From assembly GCF_009914755.1 (NCBI RefSeq), contig NC_060937.1: a DNA stretch of 64,000 nt; one strand, written 5' to 3'. How positions within the stretch are numbered: position 1 is the stretch's first letter; each line of letters opens with the position of its first letter. The notes below the pieces were generated by a model. The model was given only the letters and a program-made list of their open reading frames with translations, was not told where the DNA came from and did no database searches. This DNA comes from the human T2T-CHM13v2.0 reference genome, Homo sapiens. This document shows positions 31,397 to 45,979 of the stretch, piece by piece. The position numbers and the translations under genes are program-made.

Positions 31397-34290
31397 TGTA
31401 CATTAACTTGGTAAATTAATATACTATCATATAATTGCTATGTTCATCTCTCCAGCTTCTATCTCAGATATTTTCTGCCCTGCTGATACTTCAGTATTCT
31501 ATTATCTTACTTAAGCCACTAGAGGAAGTGAACAGGTATAAGAAAATGATTTTTATAGTTTTCCATAAAAAATTAGTTTATCTTCTTTCCCTTTAATAAG
31601 TAAATACATATTTGGGTTTCAGTAAACTTGTGAATTTGAGCAACATCTTCCAAGCAATTTCATCAGGTGGTCTTGAATGTTCTTAAAGAATAGTTCTGGC
31701 TTCAAAAGTGGCAAGATATTTTTGGAAAGAATAGTAACACAAGGAAATATTAATAGAAACATTAGTACTGCACTTGAAATTATTATCTACTAGAAGCAGA
31801 AATCCAGGAATTCAGAGGGAGATACTTGTGTTCCAATAACTCCGTAATCCACTCACCAGTAAGAAAACATCCAAAGCAGAACAATAACTTCTACCTTTGC
31901 AACACACGTTCAATTTTATACAAGTTATTATATTTAATCTTATTAAAATTTTAGTGTGAATTAGTTTGCACATTTAATAGATGGGAAATTGAATTCAGAG
32001 GATTTCGGTGATTAAATATTTCCTCAAAGTCTCCCTGAAAGTAGGTTTAAAACTTAACAGATTATAGTTTTTGATGTAGACCCCAAATAATTGAATGATG
32101 AACATTGGTGGGGAAAATAAATATAAGGGAAGAAAAAATAGGATTCACTTAAATTATATTTAGTACTACTTTGGTACTAATCATAAGAAATAAGTTTCTT
32201 ATAAATAGTAATAGTCTAAACTCAAAGATACTACACTAAGTAGAAAAACATTTTATTCTAAAGTTAACAAGTAAATGTGAAAAGTTATTATAATACCATC
32301 TTCTATATAATGCAAATCAGATTACATGTGTCTTACATCCATTTAACACGGAATTGATAATGCAGATAATTACGTATATGTTAATGTGTAAACACTCATT
32401 TATATGACAATTTTATATTTATAAGCACATAATTATAGAACAATTTTGCCTTCCAGTAGAAATATGTATTATGTTGTTTACTTCTCAGTAAGAAAAAAAA
32501 AACTTGTTAGAATTTTTTAAAAGGTCAAAAAAATTGTTAGGAATCCCATAGTATGAGAACCTCATTGTCATTAAGTATTCAGATTGAAAGTGAATTTATT
32601 TTACAGAACCAAAAGCCAGTGACAGTCACAGGATACTTGAAATGAAAGGAAAGATAGTCTTTGGATCACTGAGGATGCGTCATATTAAACCAAGCGTCTT
32701 TCTGTTATGAAGAACTGAAAGCCCTTGTTACAAAGTCAGAGCCATGCAGGAAAGGCTAACACTAGCCTTGAAACTCTGAATCAAAAAACAAGACAACTGC
32801 AAATTAAAACAAGATTTGTTGGGAGTTTTGCTAAGCATTCTCCAATTAAATAGAGGGAGCAAAAAATGATGAGAACTGACCTATTTACAAGAAAGTTGAT
32901 TAGAAACTAAATATAGAACACAGACTAAAGTATCCACTAACAAATTTAGCACTGAATTCTAAATACAGACTCATGGTCTCAGAGGGAAATGAAAAAGCTA
33001 TTAAATTAACATGAGGCAGATTTTATAGTGTAAATTGGTAAATTTATAAGACATTTTCCCAGTGGTTTATCTCACAATGCCTGGTTCGATAATGCAACAG
33101 AAATTGCCTAAAAACAATACTTCTAATAGTAATAAAAACAAATCTTTAACACAGTTTATACAGTGGACTGAAAGCTCATCTGTTTTTCATGGAGCCTCTA
33201 CCACCAATGACGGTGAATAAGCCACTTCACTTTCTTCCTCCCATGTCTGGAATGCACTCTCTAGAAGGTGAGCAGAGTCGATTACAAAAACAGGAAGTAT
33301 CTAATACTGCGAGTCTATGCTTTGTGATAAATGGGCTGGTACAGAGGCTCTGATTTAGTGTCACTGTTTTTCTTGTCAAAGCAAACATCAGTACATTAGC
33401 AAAAGTAGTGTGGGCATGGCTTTAAGAAGTCTATCTAAGCTGCCCAATAGTTCTCACCTTATAAACTGATCTTGTTTTTTAACAAGTGGTGCTTTCTAAA
33501 TAAATTCTTTTCCCCAAATATTTACCTTTCTTTCTTGTAATCCCATTTTCTTCTTCTCATGGAATCTTGCAAAAGAGGACAATGACCCTCCATTTGACAA
33601 ACAAACTTGTTTTCAATTTTTTCCCTCAAAGTTGCCAATGCATGAGATTATTATTTAATAATAAAATATTAGATCATTGGCCAACATATTAAAATTCCCT
33701 CACTTTTTCCTCTACAAATGTTATTCCACTTATGCTAGGTGCCCAGCACTTGAGATAACAAAAATGTTGCAAGCCAGATACAGATTTTAGTAGGTCTCTA
33801 TGGCAGCATCATTTTACCTGCTTCCAGGAGGATGAGGAAATTTACCTGTCTATGAAGCTTTTTAGGAACAGGACTTGAGGCTTCAGGGACCCGATGGGTT
33901 CCTTGAGTACTCTAGGAATTAATTAGTCTTGGCCAAAAGAAAAAAATAGCACTCTCTTTTCTTTTTCTGAAAACAAGCTTTTCTATATAAAATGGTACAA
34001 GGTCCTTTATGCGATTTTCAATGAGTCCATGTTGGCCTCTGATAGATAGACAGACATAAATCAATATTATTACAATTTGACTTGGAATCTCAATTATGTT
34101 GATAAATAGACATGCAGGAAGTATCAGAAAGTTCCCAGGCTTTCAGCTACATTGTCCCAAAATTATTACAATTATTATTATTTTTACTTTCTGATCTGCA
34201 AACCATTCCTAGGAAAAATAATTTAAAATAACATGTTTATTATCAAATGTAATAGCTTGTGGAAATGCAGCTAAGCAACCCATGTTTTTG

Positions 34291-34354
34291 AGATAGATAG
34301 ATAATAGATGGATGGATGAATGAATGGATGGATGGATGGATGGATAGATAGATG

Positions 34355-34408
<54 letters not shown>

Positions 34409-34457
34409 AGATAGTTAGATACATGATAGATAGGTGGACAGAGAGATGAGAGAGAGA
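34291..34457. repeat. Compound (GGAT)n(GATA)n tetranucleotide STR with a (GATA)13 core
   Basis: Perfect GATA x13 at 34355-34406, flanked by GGAT/GAAT units. Confidence 0.95.
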
Positions 34458-37245
34458 ACAGGGAAGTACCAACTTTTGAAAAGTAAATCTAGGCACAAAT
34501 GATCTCCCTTCCAATTCATTACTGGGAACATTTGTATTATCATATGTAGTCACCTGTAAAGGGTATTGAATTAGTATTTAATTTCCAATAAAGCCACTGA
34601 AAGAAACAACAAATATTTTTCTCTTGGAGATTGTTTTATTTAGGCTACTCATTTTAACATATTACATTTGCTTATAGTGTTTTCCGATTTAACCTAGACA
34701 GAACAAACAAAGTTAAATAAGGAACTTAGCCTCTCAATTCCTATTTAATTTTAATATAAAGCAAGTGAAGTTTATATACCTGTTTAGGGAACAGTGAATA
34801 TGAAGACATATGTATCACATTTGTGTCAAATACTTATATGCTAAGATAGTGGTAGATAGATATCAGTCTCTGATACTCTAATGTTTTTATTTCTGTACTA
34901 TCATAAAACTTTTGAATGAATATTGGATTTTGTGGGGGTGAGACTGGGTACATTGTTTAAATTCCATTATTAAACAGAAGATCATCTTTAAGATCTAGAA
35001 AGAGATTTCATGTCTACGAACACAGTGAATTAAAAACATTGATGTATCTGTTTATCTGAGTGCACTTGTACTTAAAGGACAAAACTTTAATTTGATATTT
35101 TAATCTATATATAGGGCTAACATGGTAAATTCAGTTGACCATATTTAGCCTGATATATATTGACTCAATCCAAATGTGCCAAATTACACTTCCCTTTGTG
35201 GGTGAAAAGAATTATGGTTTACAAAAAAAAACGACCTGTCATAGCACTACAGTGATGGGAACTGGGGACTTTGGAAGTTAATAGTATAGAACTTGATTAT
35301 TTATTTAATTGGTTCCAGTCTACTGCAGTGTTTAACAAGCTCAGATAAATGGGCTAATCTTTCACAATTAGTCTATTAAAGTCTGGTTATTTTATCAGTT
35401 GTAATCACAGGGTTTCCTAAGGCATAAATTGTCTAGCACCTTTATACATAGAGGACATTTAATTTTCTCTTTGGCTATTTGCTCTATGAACTTTGTTTTC
35501 TTTAGCACAAGGAATTCCATATTAACAACAGACATCTGAAAATCCAGATGGCTTCAATGAGTAAAATAAGTTAGTCAGTTATTAGCGACTAAAAGGGATC
35601 CTTAATTTCTATTGAATAAGCATTCCTATTTTAAAATGTGTAACATCACCACACAATATAAAACATAATGCAGTGACAACTTTTAGACAGGGCTCATAAT
35701 GGACATTAATCTGTAGCATATTTATTCTTGCATGAGGATGCTATATTGTACCAAGTTTATTCTAAATATGGGATTTTCATTTACTTAATCTCAAGTGGAA
35801 CCACATGTTTAAACTTTTACAATTTTATGACTTATTGAAGGAAAGAAAATTTATGAATTCATGGTTTAAAAATCTAAACTTTCATTTTATATAGTCAGTC
35901 ACAACCAACTTTATACAATGGATGCATGGAAATAATTGACACACTGTCACCTGAAGATCAGACATAATAACTAAATATATTTTCCAGTAGAGATGAAATG
36001 CTCAGAGCACAGGTTTAATGACTTCTGATCTTCTAATTGGTCCCTGGCCCCTTCCTCTATCTCTTAACTATCTGTGACCTCTGACAGACACAGTGTCATA
36101 TTCAGTCCACCGTTTTTCCAGTTTTATGGCCCCTCTAAAGTCACTTGCAGTTGTGCTTTTTTCCCCTCCTACTCATGTGTGAACTCTTTTTCAACATGTG
36201 TGCCTGTAACTTTGTGCTACTAGATTTTGATGAAGTTTCAAAATAAAACTTCCCCTTACTCTGATTGCCTAATAGATATTTGAAAATGAAGTTGATTTTC
36301 TAATTTGGTTACATTCATTCCAGCAGCTAAACTCACACATATGCTCCTGTACTCTTCACGTTAGACTCCCTTGAAAGCTGAAATGCATGAACATTTAAAG
36401 AAATACTCAACAACACTACTAATTTTAATGTGATTAAAGTCAATGATGGCAATTTTAAAATAACAAGTGCATTGTCTACTAACCCTCTAAGAGCAAGAAT
36501 AACTCAAAGTTTGTGCCTGTGGTTAAACTGATTTAAGAATAAGAATAATTGGAGTTCTAAGGGTGATAATAATATAGAAAAAGATAATAGAGGATATATT
36601 AAATTATCCATTATGAAGCATTTTAAATATCATTACTGACATTTAAATGAGAGATCTCTGATACAAGATGGTGAATTCAATTATAATTAAATGTATAAAA
36701 TAATTGAATAACAGCAACATTAAGAAAATTGCATACACTTTTTAAAAAGTGAAAGAAAAATTTCCATTGACCAAATATATGCTTCCATATCTGGTATCTT
36801 TAGCAGCATTTGAGTGATTAAGGTCTAGAACTTAATCATGGTGCATGTGCAGGGTCTCCACCAAAACAATGGGGCCTGTGAGGAGGGGGCTAGGAACTGA
36901 AGAACCTGTAAAAGAACTGTTAGAGTCAAATTTTTATAAGATAGTGGAGGAGATGCTTAAGATGACCCTTTAATGCTGCTGTTCAATCCCATAACTTGCC
37001 TGAAGAAAATTCTTTGAAGAAAATTCTTTAAAGAAAATGTCAACTATTATCAAACACATGAGGAAGACCAACTACTGGTCTTCCAGTAATTTCAATGCAC
37101 AGAAGATAATGTGATGAGAATAACCAGATAAGCAATGGGCAATGTGTCAGAAGGGAAAACAACAAATATATCATAGTTAGAGAAGGAAGAAGTATTTGAA
37201 ATGGGAGTTTATGGTCATAGGTATTATCTTTATCTATAGTGTTCT

Positions 37246-37426
37246 AATATGATATAAAAAGAATACCCATATTTTAGAAGTATACATATGTATGTGTGTC
37301 CTTATACATATGAAATGTATATTTGATAGTGTATTAAAATATGATATAAAAGAATATCCATATTTTAGAAGTATACATATGTGTGTCCTTATACATATGT
37401 AATGTGTATTTGATACAATGTATTAA
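37246..37426. repeat. ~90-bp tandem duplication (2 copies)
   Basis: AATATGATATAAAA(A)GAATAYCCATATTTTAGAAGTATACATATG..CCTTATACATATG..TGTATTAA at 37246-37337 and 37338-37426. Confidence 0.92.
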
Positions 37427-38328
37427 AACATTAGCAGTAATTGACACTGGGTGGTAGTTTATTTGAATAATTATTAATTTCTTATTAGCCTCAGTAAATA
37501 TGAAGTTAATGAGGAAACAGCAGATGAGAAGTCTGTGACCTCCTATTATGCTTAGAGACCCAAATAAGCCATGAAACTTTTTTTAATATAACAGATTGGA
37601 AACAGCTCCTAGACTTTTATAATATGCCAACATTTATATTTAAAATGTGACAATATTCTCCCATTTTAAGAAAATGAGTAGCAGATCTTCAGTTTTGACA
37701 TCACTTTATCGATGGAGAGAGAAACCTGGGCATTTTTCTTTTAGGTACTGTGAAAGTAGCATACTTTACGTGGTCTACTTGTAGTATGTGCATTTTATAA
37801 CTTCTGAAGAAAGAAATAGAATCAGTACTTGCAATGTCCAATTTGCTCTTTGGAAGTTATCAACTTACTTATAAATTATTATGGCATAACCTTTAAAGTA
37901 ATTAACAGGGTGCCTTTCTATATGTATTTTCTCGTGAGAAACTGTTGACTTTTTTGGCCTTAAAATTTAGACAACAACATCATTGTTTCCACTATGAAGT
38001 TTATTCTTTTGTCTGATCAAAGAGATAGAATAAATGGTTGAGAAAGCACATACTAAACCCCCAGGCACCTCTATTGCCTCAGGTCAAGGATTTCAGGAAA
38101 CAGATCCTGTGCTTTAGTAGGGATAATGTAATTATTTCAACCCAGGAAAAACTGTATTAGAAATATAAACTCTATGTTATAGAATTTTCAATAAAAATGT
38201 AGTCATTATATTTAGATAAGACTATGAATATATGCACAATGTGGAGCTTTAAAATTCACAATTACGTGCTTTTTACAGTATTGTATTATTATTTTGGAAG
38301 GCCTTCCTGTGCAAGATAGCCTATTAGC

Positions 38329-38380
38329 TACAGTTAAGTAAATTGAGGACTTTGTTACAGTTAAGTAAATTGACAACTTT
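38329..38380. repeat. 27-bp-period tandem duplication
   Basis: TACAGTTAAGTAAATTGAGGACTTTGT followed by TACAGTTAAGTAAATTGACAACTTT. Confidence 0.88.
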
Positions 38381-38623
38381 CCAGAGCCAGAGGAACACTA
38401 TTTCTCAAAGTATATTTCCCAGAACACTCACTGAAGAAGATAATAATATATATTCTGGTGAGTTGTGATGTTATCATAATTGTCAAAGAAATTTCAAACT
38501 GTTCAGCTCATACTGGACATCTCTGAAAAGATACATCATCATCATCATCAACACACAAAAACACGCACGTTCTTTATCATCTTTTTAACTTAGCATTTTC
38601 AAAATTTTATCAAGACAGCGATT

Positions 38624-38785
38624 TGTCTTAGCTTTGACTGTCATAACAAAATATCATAGACTGTGTGACTTAAATAACAGAAATACATATTCTCACATTT
38701 CTGGAGGCTACAAGTCCAAGATGAAGATGCTGGCCAATTCTGTTCCTAGTGAGGGCTCTCTTCCCAGCTTATAGACAGTCAACTT
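38624..38785 (-). mobile_element. MLT1A/MST-type MaLR LTR fragment
   Basis: ATAACAAAATATCATAGACTG..TTCTGGAGGCTACAAGTCCAAGATGAAG..GTGAGGGCTCTCTTCC. Confidence 0.75.
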
Positions 38786-38789
38786 TAAC

Positions 38790-41040
38790 ACCTTTATTGT
38801 TGAATGAATAATATGTTCAGATGGGGCAAATATCAAACAATATTTAAAAACAGATAGAATATCTTTTTCCACTCAACATAATTATCAGACCCAAAATACA
38901 AACACAAATAAACACAAACAAATCAATGTATGTACCACTCCTTCACTTAAAACTTATAAGCCCTTTCCATCTTCACAATATTATCTATTAATATTTGAAT
39001 TTTTTAAATCATAGTTTGTTGAATCTGCTCTGCCATAGAGACTGTTTCTACTCTTGCTGTGGTAAAAGCAAAAGTTTCGGTAAAAATACTCGCACATATT
39101 TCCACATAATTGTTAAATTTCTAGAATTTTAATTGCTAGATAAAAGTTACATGCATGCACCATATTTTTCACAGATAATTGCCAAACTGCCTCTGTGGGG
39201 TTATAGTATAGGCAATTTCTGGCTTCAAGACACTATGTTATTACATTTTTATATTTTTGCCAGTGTGATAGGTAAACTTGTGTATCTGTGTGGTTTTAAT
39301 GTGCGTTTTTCTTATGAGCATGCCTGGTGCTCTCTTCAAATACTTAAGAGGGTTTCTGTTGTTTTTGAATCAGCAACATTTACTACTTATTCTATTGGGT
39401 GGTCAATCTTTTATTGTACATTTACAATAGCTATACATATTTCAGGGAAATTGGTCTTTTGACATTAATATGAGATGAATAAACTTTAATCTTTATTCCC
39501 TGACTTCTTGGTTAAATCACAGGAGAAAAGCCTTTCTTATTTTAAATGCTTATAATAATTCACATAGGTAGTACTTTGATGATTTTATTTTTAACATTTA
39601 AAAGTTTTAATCCATTAACAATCATCTTTGATTATAGCAGGAAATATGGATGCAAATTTATTATTTTGCCAGGAGGCAAAACAACGCCGTGTGCACTATT
39701 TTAAACCAATTGTCAAATTTTCTTAGCTTCCAAAACATTCATTTGATATGCCAATGAATACTAATTCCTATGTTTATTTAGGTTTATCTCTGGACTGCTA
39801 GTATGTTCTTTCTTCTACTATTCCATTACTTTACTATACCAGAATCACAACATTTTACGTTTTTTAGTTTATACAATATGTTTCCATTTAGGCTAGTTGT
39901 AGTGACTACTTACTGTTCTTTTTTTCCTAGAGTTTCCCTTGGTGTTATTATTTGTTTATTTTCTTCCATATAAACTTAAAAATCAAACAGTTAAAAATAA
40001 TTTCGCTTGATATTTTAATCAGGATATTGTTAAATTTATAAGTTAACTAACGGAGAATTATTTCACAATGTTGAAAATCTTCTTATCCAACATCATTTTA
40101 TCTCATTTCTCTTGTTTAAGGTATGTTTTGTGCTGATAAGAAGCTTTTAAAAATGTACTTCATATAGTTCTTAGAGTATCATTTTATACCTTGTTATTTT
40201 ATATAAATATGCACATGCATTTGTATTTGTGTTCATATACATTTATGTTTATATATATATAATACATATCATATAATTAAATGTAAAATATATATAAAAT
40301 TATTTAAAAAATGAATGTTGAGTTTAAAGAATTCTTAAAGAGTGAATGCCCAGATGGCTGATCTATAAATGAAGTATATTTTATAGAGATGTTGGTATGG
40401 CTTGGTTCTGTGTCCCCACCCAAATCTCATGTGAAATTGTGATCCTCAGTGTCACAGGAGGGGCCTGGTGGAAGGTGATTGGGTCATGCGGGTGGATATC
40501 CCCCTTGCTGTTTTGGAGATAGTGAGTTCTCTTGAGATCTGGTTAAGTGTGTAGCACCTCTTCCTTTGCTCTCTCTCTCTCTCTCTCCTGCTCTGCCATG
40601 GGCAGATATGCCTGCTTCCCTTTCACTTTTGCCCACCACTGTAAGTTTCCCAAAGGCTTCCTAGCCATGCTTCCGGTTCAGCCTGCAGACCATGAGCCAA
40701 TTAAATCTATTTTCTTTATGAATTACCCAGTCTCAGGTAGTTCTTTATAACAATGTGAGAACAGATTAATGCAGATGTATATAGCTCAGCTCTAGATTTA
40801 GAGCACAATAGCTGTAGTTCATTTAATTACTGTATACTATGCAGTTCATGAATGCACCACAATTTTGTGGATGACCATTTAAATAGTTTCCAATATTTGA
40901 TTTTTATGAGCCGTGCCATTATAAATGTTTCTGTACAACATTCCAATCCACATGCACATAAACTCTTTCAATACAGATACCTAGGAACACAATTACTAGA
41001 ATTATAGGGTCTGGGCAGCTTTAAATATACACAAGTCCAG
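38790..41040 (-). mobile_element. Ancient L1ME fragments (antisense), interrupted by MSTA
   Basis: TTGCCAAACTGCCTCT, TTTTTGCCAGTGTGATAGG, TTCTTCCATATAAACTT, TTTCCAATATTTGATT. Confidence 0.55.
40393..40773 (+). mobile_element. MSTA solo LTR (MaLR)
   Basis: TGGTATGGCTTGGTTCTGTGTCCCCACC..AATTACCCAGTCTCAGGTAG..TAATGCA; TSD GATGT (40388-40392 / 40774-40778). Confidence 0.88.
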
Positions 41041-41079
41041 TGTTTTCCACGATTTCTATTCAAGACCTTATATTTGAAC

Positions 41080-41420
41080 TACAGTCCTCTCCAACAAGTG
41101 TTTATTTGCCATTACCATAAAGTCTAAAACAAACAAATCCCAAATTGACTCATTCGTCTTTTCTCACATCGGAGCCTTCTACAGTGTTTCCTCTCTCAAT
41201 GATCAAAGCCAGTAACCTCTGAATCATTCCTGACACTTCGTTCTACCTGTCTGCCTTTATTGTCACATTTTGTTGATTTTCCTCCTCTATTATCTTTAAA
41301 TGTGTCCACTTCTTTCAAAATTTGTGACCAACCCCTGAGTTAGGCTCCCAACATCTATTGCTTACAATACTGATGCTTGCCTCTAAAGAGTTCCTACCGT
41401 ATCTTTTCTTCACAACCCTC
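41080..41420 (+). mobile_element. L2 remnant
   Basis: CCAAATTGACTCAT.., AAGCCAGTAACCTCTGAATCATTCCTGAC.., TGTCCACTTCT. Confidence 0.6.
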
Positions 41421-41509
41421 ATCTTTTCATAATATAATCTTATACATAATATAATGTAGGAAAACATTATATTATGTGACCTATGATGTTAAATTGTATG
41501 TATAATGTT

Positions 41510-41668
41510 TCCCTATATATGCATTTATATATAATGAATGCATATATGTATATAAATGGATATATATTTATAAATAAGTGCATATACATTTTATATATAA
41601 ATGCATATATGTATATATACATGCATATATAAATGCATATAAATATATATATATATGTGTGTATATAT
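41510..41668. repeat. Degenerate TA-rich array built on ATGCATAT units
   Basis: About 7 ATGCAT-like anchors separated by (TA)n. Confidence 0.8.
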
Positions 41669-41713
41669 GGTATCACATAGAGTATTTATATTTAATAAAA
41701 AAGCTTTCTTAGT

Positions 41714-42021
<308 letters not shown>

Positions 42022-43349
42022 GCTTTAGAATTTAGACATAGATTTTTATTGTATGCATCTTGTGCATACAAAAGAAGAAAATAAGTGAAATAAGTTTAAG
42101 TTATGATGTTAACTTCATATTGAGTTCAAGTCTCCCAAATCACCTTGCTACTCAGAAATATCAGTGCCATATATTTTCACACAACATCATAGCATCTACC
42201 TTCAAGACAGTTGGGGGTGCAGCATTATCAGCAGACTGATAAATTGATGTCTGACACCAAAACAATAGTCCTTTTTGACGCATAAATTTTTTACACCAGG
42301 TCCTCATGGCTTCACATTTTTGCATCTATCTAGCTATTTGAAAGTTTATCTTGACATCAGTTCCATTGTTTGCTGTGCTATTTGCAATACTAACACAAGC
42401 AAGATGCAGTAGAGTTTTATCAACGTAAGGATATCTTACTTCCTTAGGACTCATAAAGCACTTTCTTGCTACTTTGGAAGAAAATGTGAAATTGTAATCA
42501 TTCCTCCAATGACAAATATTTCCTTCACTGATATTAAATTTACTTCCTGCTGCTTGAGTTCCATGCTTTTCTATAGAACCAATAACTTATTGTTTTAATG
42601 CTGACTCATAGTATGAGTTTTTGAATATATTTTAATTGACAAATATCCTAATGTAGAACCAAAAATATTCAAGTCAGTTTAAAATGAAGACACTAACAAA
42701 CTCTGACCTATGTCTTTCTAGGCCAAGAAGAAATACATCCTGCCTTTTGCTTACTGATGACAATTGTAAGACACATCCTGAGTTCACACATATTAAAAGG
42801 TGAAAATGTGTACATCTCCAATTTGATAAAATACGGCATTTTAAAATTTATAATATTTACCAGGTTCATGCCAGGCACAAAAATAAATCCAAAGGATCAA
42901 AGAATGTGTATGTAAGAAAAAAAATCAAGGGAAGCAAAAGATTATCATTAAGACAAAACATGAAATGATTCAGCTTGCTTTTAATTCCCTTTATTTTTAT
43001 ATGGCTTACATGCAAATCTCTTCCAAATAAGCACTTACTGATTGATAATCCGGATCTAAATGTTCTTAAGTGGTTGTAAGTAAATTTCAAAACTTACAAA
43101 TCACTGCAAAAAGTCTCAACTGCCTTTCATTATCCACTGATGAAAGACCTGGTGTGATGTTAGTGCCCTGCCTTGGTGAGTAACATGACCCTGTGTGGGG
43201 TACATGAAGACGCTCCTTTGTCAGATCCTCCAGGCTCAGGATTTCTCTCGCAGGGTGTTTTGTTTTGTCAAGTCTGTGAATAAAAAAAATAAGTTAAAAA
43301 AGGTATACAGAATATCTTAATGCTAATTCCAAAACAATAACATTTTCCT

Positions 43350-43646
43350 GGCCGGGCGCGGTGGCTCACGCCTGTAATCCCAGCACTTTGGGAAAGCGGA
43401 GGCGGGCGGATCACGAGGTCAGGAGATCGAGACCATCCTGGCCAACACGGTGAAACCCCGTCTCTACTAAAAATACAGAAAATTAGCGGGGCTTGGTGGC
43501 GGGCGCTTCTAGTCCCAGCTACTGGGCAGGCTGAGGAGGGGAATGGCGTGAACCCAGGAGGCGGAGCTTACAGTGAGCCAAGATCGCGCCACTGCAGTCC
43601 AGCCTGGGCGACAGAGCTAGACTCCATCTCAAAAAGAAAAAAAAAA
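43350..43646 (+). mobile_element. AluY, full length, CpG-rich
   Basis: GGCCGGGCGCGGTGGCTCACGCC..GATCACGAGGTCAGGAGATCGAGACCATCC..GAATGGCGTGAACCC. Confidence 0.95.
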
Positions 43647-44151
43647 TTCCCTACAGTCATAATGTCAATGATTCTAAATTGAAGCAGTCAACTTTGCTAG
43701 GATGAAAATTTGCCATTCAGTAGCCAACTGTGCCTATCACAGCCACCCAGCCTTAGCAGTAGGACAATGAATGGCAGCAAGACAGGCCGAGGAAGCCTCG
43801 CTTTGGGATGATGCGGGTGGTGGAAGTCACGAGATAAAATGAAGATAAGGATGGAGGTGTTCCCAGGAGCCGTGAAAAATGCGGGGAAAAACAGAAACAC
43901 TGTGTCCCCTGACTTCAGAAGAGGGCACACATAGGCTGTGAGACACACAAATTCTCACTTGCCTGCAATAGCTGCAGCTCTCACTCTATACTATGCTCAC
44001 CTTTTTCAGCACAGCATCCATCAAAATTCCCAGTACATTGTAGGTGCTATTCTATTTAGAGTGATGTTTAACATTGGTTGAGATGATATTTAAGAAAAAT
44101 TTGAAAAGGCAAGTAAGTAATTCATGTCCATTTGTATATTAAAACATTTTA

Positions 44152-44482
<331 letters not shown>

Positions 44483-44814
44483 TTAGGTAAATCATTTAGA
44501 TACATACATGAAATATAATAAACAGGAGTTAAAAACACCCAGGGCTATACATGACGTGAAAATTTTTAAAAGAAAACTTTATTCAACAATGTGGATAAAA
44601 GCTGAAAAACTTTGGCTAATTGGAGAAAAATAATCCAATTAGAGTTTTACAGCACAAAATATGCAAAATAAATCTGCAGGTAAATATAATAGTAAAGTGT
44701 AGAATGAGAAAAAAATTAGGTCAGTCAAAAAAAGAATGATCGTATCTTCAGAATATGATTTCTTTTTTTAAATCAATACAAATATCTTCAGATAAACTTC
44801 AGGCTACTTTCACA

Positions 44815-45915
<1,101 letters not shown>

Positions 45916-45979
45916 TTTTTCAAATATGATCAATATGTCTCTAGTTGTCAGCCTACATTATAAAATTTGAAACATAAAT

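Noticed and set aside
37246-37426. Direct repeats as a possible CRISPR-like array
   Set aside because: Only two adjacent copies, no spacers, no cas genes, and a primate genomic context.
43350-43646. CpG-rich patch as a possible CpG island or promoter
   Set aside because: The CpGs are confined to a young AluY.
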